DNA of 32,000 nucleotides, from NCBI RefSeq assembly GCF_000025685.1, contig NC_013967.1, positions 1,560,001 to 1,592,000 on the forward strand, written 5' to 3'. Positions 8,274 through 15,107 of this stretch are shown here, one piece after another. The DNA comes from Haloferax volcanii DS2 (GTDB lineage: Archaea; Halobacteriota; Halobacteria; Halobacteriales; Haloferacaceae). A program made the translations under genes and the position numbers. Positions within the stretch are counted from its first letter, which is position 1. Each line of letters starts with the position of its first letter. The notes under the pieces are model-generated. The model did no database searches. It was given only the letters and a program-made list of their open reading frames with translations, and had not been told where the DNA came from.

Positions 8274-9869
8274 ATGGCGACCGAACAGCAGACGGGGACC
8301 GGTGGGGGAGACGACGAGCAACCGCTCGGCCTGACCGTCGCCAGCGGGGCCGTTGCCGCCGCGGTCGTCGTCCCGCTGTTGTGGCTCGTCAGGACCGCGC
8401 TCAACGTGGGGTTCGCCGAGGCGGTGGCGCTCGTCACCCGGCCGGCGACCGTCGAGGTGTTTCTGAACAGCGCCGTCCTCGTCACGCTCGTCACCGCCGC
8501 GTGTATCGGTCTGGGCGTCCCGCTGGCGTATCTCACCGTCCGGACCGACCTGCCGTTCAGACGCTTTTGGACCGTCGTCGTCTCGCTCCCGCTCGTCATT
8601 CCGAGCTACATCGGCGCGTTCGCGTTCGTCTCGGCGTTCGGCCCGCAGGGCGCGTTTCAGCGGCTGTTAGCTCCCCTCGGTATCGAGTCGCTCCCGGAGA
8701 TTTACGGGCTACCCGGTGCCGTTTTAGTGCTGACCCTCTACACGTACCCGTACGTGTTCATTACCACCCGGGCCGCGCTGAAGTCGATGGACACCACGCT
8801 CATCGACGCCGCGCGGACCCTGAACCACAGCCGCTGGGAGGCGTTCAAACGGGTGACCGTCCCCCAGATTCGCCCGGCGGTCGCCGCCGGCTCGCTCCTG
8901 GCGGCGCTGTACGTCCTCTCGGACTTCGGCACGCCGGCCATCATGCGGTTCGACGCCTTCACCCGCGTCATCTACGTCGAGTTCGGGACGTTCGGCCGCG
9001 ACACCGCGACGCTCCTGTCGCTCCAACTGGTCGCCGTGACGCTCCTCATCCTGACCCTCGAATCGAAAATTCGGGGCGACGAGCGCACGACGACCGGCGG
9101 GCGCTCGGGAGCCCCGATGCCGCTCGGCCGCTGGAAGTACCCGGCGCTCGGCTTCGCGGCGCTCGTCGCCACCGTCGCGCTCCTCGTCCCGCTCGGCATC
9201 CTCTTTACGTGGCTCGCGCAGGGCGTCGCCGCGACGAGCGGGTCGCTCGCGTTCCAGCCCGAGTACGCGCTCAACTCGGTCCTCGTGGCGGCCGCGACGG
9301 CCGGCGCGGCGACGCTCGCCGGCCTCCCCGTCGCGTACCTCGCCGCCCGGCACCCCTCGCGGCTGAGTTCCGTCTTCGAGCGCGCGACCTACGTCGGCTA
9401 CGCGGTGCCGGGCGTCGTCCTCGGACTGGCGCTCGTCTTCTTCGGCAGTTCGTACGCGACGCCCATCTACCAGACGCTCTACTTCCTCGTGTTCGCGTAC
9501 GTCATCCGCTTTCTCCCGCAGGCCATCGGGTCGCTCCGGGCGTCGTTCCTCCGGGTCGACCCCGCGCTCCCGGAGGCGGCGCGGACGCTCGGCGAGACCC
9601 CGTCGGGGGCGTTCCGTCACGTCACGCTCCCGCTCGTCGCGCCCGGCCTGTTCGGCGGCGCGGCGCTCGTCTTCCTGACCACGATGAAGGAACTGCCCGC
9701 GACGCTCCTGCTTCGCCCCTCGGGGTTCAGCACGCTCGTGACCCACATCTGGACGGCCTACGAGCAGGGCTACTTCGGTCAGGCCGTCGTGCCCGCGTTC
9801 ATCCTGCTTTTCGTCTCCGGGCTCTCGATGCTCGTCATCATCACCCAAGAGGGATACGATGTCAAATAG
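8274..9869 (+). CDS. ABC transporter permease, duplicated (FbpB-like two-module) type
   Basis: 531 aa, highly hydrophobic. Two EAA-like loops (DAARTLNHSRWEAFKRVTVPQIRPA and EAARTLGETPSGAFRHVTLPLVAPG). Confidence 0.85.
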   Translation: MATEQQTGTGGGDDEQPLGLTVASGAVAAAVVVPLLWLVRTALNVGFAEAVALVTRPATVEVFLNSAVLVTLVTAACIGLGVPLAYLTVRTDLPFRRFWTVVVSLPLVIPSYIGAFAFVSAFGPQGAFQRLLAPLGIESLPEIYGLPGAVLVLTLYTYPYVFITTRAALKSMDTTLIDAARTLNHSRWEAFKRVTVPQIRPAVAAGSLLAALYVLSDFGTPAIMRFDAFTRVIYVEFGTFGRDTATLLSLQLVAVTLLILTLESKIRGDERTTTGGRSGAPMPLGRWKYPALGFAALVATVALLVPLGILFTWLAQGVAATSGSLAFQPEYALNSVLVAAATAGAATLAGLPVAYLAARHPSRLSSVFERATYVGYAVPGVVLGLALVFFGSSYATPIYQTLYFLVFAYVIRFLPQAIGSLRASFLRVDPALPEAARTLGETPSGAFRHVTLPLVAPGLFGGAALVFLTTMKELPATLLLRPSGFSTLVTHIWTAYEQGYFGQAVVPAFILLFVSGLSMLVIITQEGYDVK

Positions 9870-11028
9870 CACACTCTCGACCACCGACCGCTCGAACCGC
9901 GCGGAAGCCACCGACTCCGAGACCGACGACGCGGACGCCGGCGGCGTCCTCGAACTCGACGGCGTCTCGAAGTCCTACGGCACCGAGTCGGTCATCGACG
10001 ACCTCTCGCTCAGCGTCGAGGAGGGCGAGATTCTCACGCTACTCGGGCCGTCGGGCTGCGGGAAGACGACGACGCTCCGGCTCATCGCCGGCCTCGACCG
10101 CCCCGACGGGGGCGAGGTCCGGCTGAACGGAAACGTCGTCTCCGGCGGCGACACCTTCCGCGCGCCCGAAGAGCGCGGCGTCGGCGTCGTCTTCCAGGAG
10201 TTCGCGCTGTTCCCGCACCTCACCGCGGCCGAGAACATCGCCTTCGGCCTGAAGGACCTCAGTGAGTCGGAGCGCGACGAGCGCGTGGCCGACCTCCTCG
10301 ACCTCGTGGGGCTGGAGACCCAAGGCGACAGCTACCCCGACGAGCTCTCCGGCGGCCAGCAACAGCGGGTCGCCCTCGCCCGCTCGCTCGCGCCGGAGCC
10401 GGCTATTCTGCTCCTCGACGAGCCGTTCTCGAACCTCGACGTGGACCTCCGCGTCCAGATGCGCGAGGAGGTCCGCCGCATCCTCAAGGAGGCCGGCGTG
10501 ACGGCCGTCTCCGTCACCCACGACCAGGAGGAGGCGATGTCCATCTCCGACCGCGTGGCCGTGATGAACGACGGCGACCTCGAACAGGTGGGCGAACCGG
10601 AACAGGTGTTCCAACACCCCGAGTCGCGGTTCGTCGCCGGCTTCCTCGGCTACGCCGGGTTCCTGCCGGGACGCATCGCGGGCGACGCGGTCGAGACCGA
10701 GCTGGGGACGGTCGACCGCGACCAGATTCACGGCCTCGCGCCCGAGTACGACGACACGGACATCGACATCCTCGTCCGCCCCGACGACGTGTCGGCCCAT
10801 CCCTGCGACGGCGGCGACGGCCACGGCAAAGTCGTCGGCAAGCGCTACCTCGGGCCGACAATCCTCTACGAGGTCGAACTTCACGGCGGCGACACCCTGC
10901 TGTGTATGCACAACCACGACGAGACCGTCCCGACCGACGGCTGCGTCGAGGTGACGCTCGACGCCGGCCACGAACTCGCGTGGTTCCCGCGCGAACAGCG
11001 CCCCGAGAGCGGCCTCTACTCGGACTGA
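9859..11028 (+). CDS. ABC transporter ATP-binding protein (FbpC/PotA-like, with C-terminal TOBE-like extension)
   Basis: Walker A GPSGCGKTT, signature LSGGQQQRVALAR, Walker B ILLLDEPFS, H-loop VTHDQ. The ATG at 9859 overlaps the permease stop by 11 nt. Confidence 0.9.
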   Translation: MSNSTLSTTDRSNRAEATDSETDDADAGGVLELDGVSKSYGTESVIDDLSLSVEEGEILTLLGPSGCGKTTTLRLIAGLDRPDGGEVRLNGNVVSGGDTFRAPEERGVGVVFQEFALFPHLTAAENIAFGLKDLSESERDERVADLLDLVGLETQGDSYPDELSGGQQQRVALARSLAPEPAILLLDEPFSNLDVDLRVQMREEVRRILKEAGVTAVSVTHDQEEAMSISDRVAVMNDGDLEQVGEPEQVFQHPESRFVAGFLGYAGFLPGRIAGDAVETELGTVDRDQIHGLAPEYDDTDIDILVRPDDVSAHPCDGGDGHGKVVGKRYLGPTILYEVELHGGDTLLCMHNHDETVPTDGCVEVTLDAGHELAWFPREQRPESGLYSD

Positions 11029-11030
11029 GG

Positions 11031-13376
11031 ATGGGCCGGCGAGACTCGAATACGGGCGGCTCCCTCCCGCTTGGCGAACGCGTGCGAGCCGCAGTCCGCG
11101 GACTCGCATTCGATTTTGACGGTACCATCGACATCGACCGAACCCGGACGCAGCGGCGACTCGCAGCGCTCTGTGTCTCGCTTCTGGTCGGGCTCGTCGT
11201 GACGTGGCTCGCGGTCGACCTCTTTCCGTACCACACCGTCAACGACGACGAGGGCGTCTACCTCACGCAGGCCGCGATGCTCCTCGAAGGCAAGCTGTTT
11301 CTCTATCCCGGCCGGCTGACCGAGGCCGTCAGGCCGTGGTTCTTCGTGGTACAGGAGACGCCGAGCGCCCCCGGCGGCGTCCAGCTCTACTCGAAGTACT
11401 CGCCGGCGGTGCCGGCGCTGTTCGCGGTCGGCCTCGCGGTCGGGCTTCCGAACCTCGTGTTGGGCGCTATCGCCGCGATATCCGCCGCGCTGGTCTACGC
11501 GCTCGCGGCCGACGCGTTCGACCGGACGACCGGCGTCGTCGCGGCGGGCCTGCTCGGCCTCTCGCCGCTGTTTCTCCTCACGTCGTCGACGTTCCTCGCG
11601 TACGCGCCGACGACGATGCTCAACCTCGGGTTCGCCGTCTGTTACGTCCGGGCCGCCCGCCGCGACTCCTCGGGCTACGCGGTCGTCGCCGGCGCGCTCG
11701 TCGGCGCGGCGTTTTTCGCCCGCCCCTACACCGCCGTGCTGTTCGCGCTGCCCTTCATCGCCCACTCGCTGTGGGCGCTGGCGACCGCGCGGCGCGCGGG
11801 GACCGGCTGGGTCGTCTTCCGCCGGTACGCCGCCATCGCGCTCCCCGGCCTCGCGTTCGTCGGCCTGACGCTCGCGTACAACGCCGTCGTGACGGGCGAC
11901 CCGCTCACGTTCCCCTACATCGCCTTCGCCCCGCGGGACGGCATCGGCTTCGGAGAGCGGGCAATCCTCGGCTACGAAGTCGTCTACACGCCCGCGATGG
12001 GTGTCGAGACCGCCGCCGAGGCGCTCGACCTGCTCGTGACGCAGTGGGGGCCGATGGGCTGGCTCGGAACCGTCGCCGCGGTGGTCGGCCTCGGCGTCAC
12101 CGCCCGCCGCTGGTGGGGCCACGAGACCGGCCGGAACCTCCGCGGGAGCGCGAGACGCCGCCACCACGGCCTCGGCGGCCGCGACCGCGCGTTTACCGAA
12201 CTCTCCGACGACGCCCTCGCCTGCGTCGTCGCGGGCGTGTTCGCCTCGGTGTTCGTCGGCAACGCCGCCTTCTGGGGGACACACAACGGCCTCCGAAACG
12301 GCCTCATCGACCTTCTCGGCCCGTTCTACCACTTCGACGCGCTCGTCCCGCTCGCGGTGTTCGGCGCGGCCGGCGTCGTCGCCGGCGCTCGCCTCCTCCG
12401 TCGGCTGGCCCACCGTCGCTTTTCGGCGTCGGAGGCCCGCGGAGTCGTCTTCTCGGTGCTTCTCGTGTCGGCGCTGTTCGCCGGCGGCGTGACGGTCGGC
12501 GCGGTCGAAGACCCCTACGACGAAAACCGGCTCCGAACGGAGAACCTCGCGGCGACCTACGAACCGCTCCTCGACGCCGGCTTCGAACAGCCGCCGCTGA
12601 CCCCGTCCGTGCCGGGCGTCGACGCCAGCGGTCTCGGGGGCGGTGACGACGGTCTCGGCATCGGCGGTGGCTCGGCCGCGCCGGGCAACGAGACGAAGGC
12701 ACTCGTCTTCCACCCCGACCCGTACGGCGACTGGTCGGCCCATCCCTTCCAAGCGCTCCGCAACGACCCCGGCTTCGACGGCCCGGTGATGTACGCCATC
12801 GACGGCGGGGCCGAACGGGACTTCGCGGTCCTCGACGCGACGAACCGGACGCCGTATCGCTTCACCTATCGGGGGATGTGGACCGGAGCTGTTGACCCCG
12901 TCGAACCCGAACTGACCCGACTCGACGTGCTCGCCGGCGAGCGGGTCGACGCGACGACGACGCTCGGCGCGCCCGAGGGGACGAACACGGCATCGGTCCG
13001 CGTCGAGACCGACGAGGGCTACGCCCGCTACGACGCGACGACGGCCGAGAACCTGACCGTCGAGTGGTCGGTTTCGTCGGCGGGCGTGGCCGTGACGAAC
13101 CGCCCGCTGGCCGCCGGTCCAGAACGGCTGTCGGTTCCGGCGGGCGCGAGCGAGGTCGACCTCGTGGTGACCTATATCGGCGACTTCGGTGAGACGGTTA
13201 CGTACCGACAGACCGCGACGGTCGAGCGCTCCGGCGACGAGGTGCGCGTCGTCTGGCCGCCGGAGACCCGCGTCTGCCGGCTGACCACCGACTGCGGGAG
13301 CGAGCGCGAGTGGGTCGGCCCGGACGGCGACTACCTCGACGGCGTCTCGGTCGAGACCGACGCGCGCGTCGCCTGA
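11031..13376 (+). CDS. Large polytopic membrane protein, GT-C fold glycosyltransferase-like (ArnT/PMT family 39/83-like) with a C-terminal soluble domain
   Basis: ATG at 11031, 2 nt after the ATPase stop. The ORF-track start at 10902 overlaps the ATPase and its N-terminal part is R-rich junk. 781 aa with many TM segments in the first ~480 aa. An acidic motif NDDEGVYLTQ follows TM1, as in GT-C enzymes. No WWDYG motif, so it is not AglB. Confidence 0.6.
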   Translation: MGRRDSNTGGSLPLGERVRAAVRGLAFDFDGTIDIDRTRTQRRLAALCVSLLVGLVVTWLAVDLFPYHTVNDDEGVYLTQAAMLLEGKLFLYPGRLTEAVRPWFFVVQETPSAPGGVQLYSKYSPAVPALFAVGLAVGLPNLVLGAIAAISAALVYALAADAFDRTTGVVAAGLLGLSPLFLLTSSTFLAYAPTTMLNLGFAVCYVRAARRDSSGYAVVAGALVGAAFFARPYTAVLFALPFIAHSLWALATARRAGTGWVVFRRYAAIALPGLAFVGLTLAYNAVVTGDPLTFPYIAFAPRDGIGFGERAILGYEVVYTPAMGVETAAEALDLLVTQWGPMGWLGTVAAVVGLGVTARRWWGHETGRNLRGSARRRHHGLGGRDRAFTELSDDALACVVAGVFASVFVGNAAFWGTHNGLRNGLIDLLGPFYHFDALVPLAVFGAAGVVAGARLLRRLAHRRFSASEARGVVFSVLLVSALFAGGVTVGAVEDPYDENRLRTENLAATYEPLLDAGFEQPPLTPSVPGVDASGLGGGDDGLGIGGGSAAPGNETKALVFHPDPYGDWSAHPFQALRNDPGFDGPVMYAIDGGAERDFAVLDATNRTPYRFTYRGMWTGAVDPVEPELTRLDVLAGERVDATTTLGAPEGTNTASVRVETDEGYARYDATTAENLTVEWSVSSAGVAVTNRPLAAGPERLSVPAGASEVDLVVTYIGDFGETVTYRQTATVERSGDEVRVVWPPETRVCRLTTDCGSEREWVGPDGDYLDGVSVETDARVA

Positions 13377-13420
13377 GGCGAGCGTCGAAAGCCGGCGGCT
13401 CGCGGGCAGTCGGGCGGGCG

Positions 13421-13427
13421 AAAAAAA
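13421..13427 (-). terminator. T7 run (minus strand) downstream of the MFS gene
   Basis: A7 on the + strand equals T7 on the minus strand, 28 nt past the MFS stop codon. Oligo-T tracts are the usual archaeal termination signal. Confidence 0.4.
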
Positions 13428-13454
13428 TGAAACGTCGCAGTCGCGGTCGGCGGC

Positions 13455-14516
13455 TCAGTCGTCGGCCGGGCCGGTCGAGCCCGACGAGCCGAGGAAGCCG
13501 TCGACGGTCGCGCGCTTCGCGATGTGCGGGCGGTACACCCACGCGTTCAGGAGAACGATGGGAACCATCGTCGCCGCGACGAGCGCGTAGCCGACGTGCA
13601 GGTTCGGCAGGAGCACCGACGAGTAGACGAGCGGGTAGGTGATGCCGCCGATGGTGCCGACGCCGCCGACGACGCCCGCGACGGCCCCGGAACTGTTGGG
13701 GAACATCGCGGGAACCTGCGCGAAGATAGCGCCCTCAGCGAACGCGCAGGCCATGCCGACCATGAAGCCGGCGGCCACCGCGACGAGGACGGTTCCCGAG
13801 AGGCCGGCGAGCGTCATCACGAGCATGGAGACGACGATGAACGAGAGCGCCACGAACGTCGACTGTTCGCGGTAGCGACCCTCGAACACGGGCAGGATGT
13901 CCATCTCCTTGCGCGCCAGCACGTCGCTGACGTAGCCGCCGATGGGCCGGAGCAGGCCGGCCGCGATGGAGAACGTGGCCGCGAACGTGCTCGCGAGAAC
14001 GAGGTTGTCCGTGTTGAACGCCTCGCGGTAGTAGGTGGCGAGCCAGCCGTTCATCGAGAGTTCGAGGCCGAAGCTCATGACGTAGGCGAGCGCGAGCGCG
14101 ACGGTCCCGTACCGGGTCGCGGTGTGGACCCACTGCTTGAGCGTCGCGTTGTCGGCGGTCGCCTGCCGGCGCTCCTTGCTCGACGCCGCCTCGCCGAGGA
14201 CGTAGTAGGCGATTGCGAGCAGAATCGAGACGACGCCGGTGTAGAAGAACGCCGCGCGCCAGTTGCTCTGGAAGAGCGGCCCGCTCCAGTCCGCGCCGAA
14301 CACGCGGGGCAGGATGAGCGCACCGCCGGCGGCACCGGCGTTCCCGACGCCGGCGTAGATTCCCTCGGCCATGCCGAGGTTCTCCTCTTCGAACCACTCG
14401 GAGACGTGCTGGATGCCGATGACGAACGTGATGCCCGCCGTGGCGACGATGAGGCGCTCGACGAAGAACACGGTGTGACATCCTCCCCGTCGTAAACGAC
14501 GGGGCTTCCCCCGCAC
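13455..14516 (-). pseudogene. MFS transporter, nitrate/nitrite porter (NarK)-like, apparently 5'-truncated (TM1-3 missing)
   Basis: Nine predicted TM segments, three before and six after the central loop. An NNP-type motif [12 protein letters not shown] lies in what would be TM5. The family-like sequence starts only at about 14470-14480. The nominal GTG start at 14516 adds a basic, non-membrane peptide ([14 protein letters not shown]). No N-terminal MFS-like sequence is found in any frame upstream. Confidence 0.6.
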
Positions 14517-15010
14517 GAGGAAACCCGGCCTGTTGCCGAGCAGGTTTTAGGACCCTCTCTCCCGAGGTCAGTGAGACGGGTTTCGTCCCTCGCTCGGGAG
14601 CGTCCTGTGGCGCTGTCACGGGCGCTCCCATCCGCAAGCGAGTCATCGACGCCCGGTTTCTCGGGGCGTCTCTCTCCCAAGCGGTCATGCCTCACGGCAC
14701 GGTCGGTTCGGTCACACTTCCCCGACCCGTGGGCCGGGTTCCCGTGCTGACGAACGACGCGAACCCCGCAGTCGGTTGCAGAACCGACCCGTGGGAACCG
14801 ACGCCCCGAAATGTTCGGGACGCTGGTTTCAGCGCGTCTCATACTCCCGCGCAAGTGCCGAGAGCCGACGTAACCCTTGGTAACGTGTACGAGACGGCGT
14901 GTGCTAAGCGTTGGGGTTTCAGCCAGCCATCGACGGCGGTTGGTCAATCTCATGTCGGATTCACGCCCGCCGTGAACGGCGGGATTCTCTCCTCGAAGAA
15001 AAAAGTTTTC
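14472..15010. other. Hairpin-dense non-coding block (candidate structured RNA or element remnant). Strand uncertain; + is slightly favoured by G-U pairs.
   Basis: No acidic-type ORF in any frame. Stem-loops at 14485-14504, 14597-14628, 14648-14670, 14698-14731, 14771-14788, 14805-14819, 14821-14834 and 14966-14983. Internal direct repeats CCGACCCGTGGG (14722-14733 and 14784-14795) and CTCTCTCCC (14555-14563 and 14670-14678). Confidence 0.4.
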
Positions 15011-15057
15011 GGGGCGTACGAATCTGGTGGAGAGGGCCGCCCCGACTGGGGCGGTCC
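14999..15057 (-). terminator. Putative terminator of the amylase gene: hairpin plus T6 run
   Basis: On the minus strand, the hairpin GGACCGCCCC-AGUC-GGGGCGGCC (15035-15057) lies about 50 nt after the stop codon. It is followed by CTTTTTTC (A6 at 14999-15004 on the + strand). Confidence 0.4.
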
Positions 15058-15107
15058 GTCAGCGAGCGCTTCCCCATCTCGTCGGCGTGTTCGACCGCGA
15101 GCGGGCG

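Noticed and set aside
10902-11030. Upstream extension of the GT-C ORF overlapping the ABC ATPase gene
   Set aside because: The extension is Arg-rich and lies inside the ATPase coding frame region. The ATG at 11031 sits directly after the ATPase stop and gives a sensible N-terminus before TM1.
14472-15010. RNase P RNA, SRP RNA or ORF-less group II intron as the identity of the structured block
   Set aside because: - RNase P: GAGGAAACCCGGCC (14517-14530) resembles the CR-I/P4 strand but lacks the universal GU, including the bulged U. I find no CR-IV/CR-V-like ACAGAA...CCGGCUUA partner and no GGUAAG-type J11/12.
- Group II intron: GUGUG at 14472 resembles an intron 5' end, but no 34-nt domain V with the AGC triad, a 2-nt bulge and a GNRA loop can be folded. 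The best candidate (14864-14898) has an 8-nt bulge and an A-A mismatch.
- SRP RNA: no SRP helix-8 motif.

All of this was judged by eye only. A covariance-model search is still needed.
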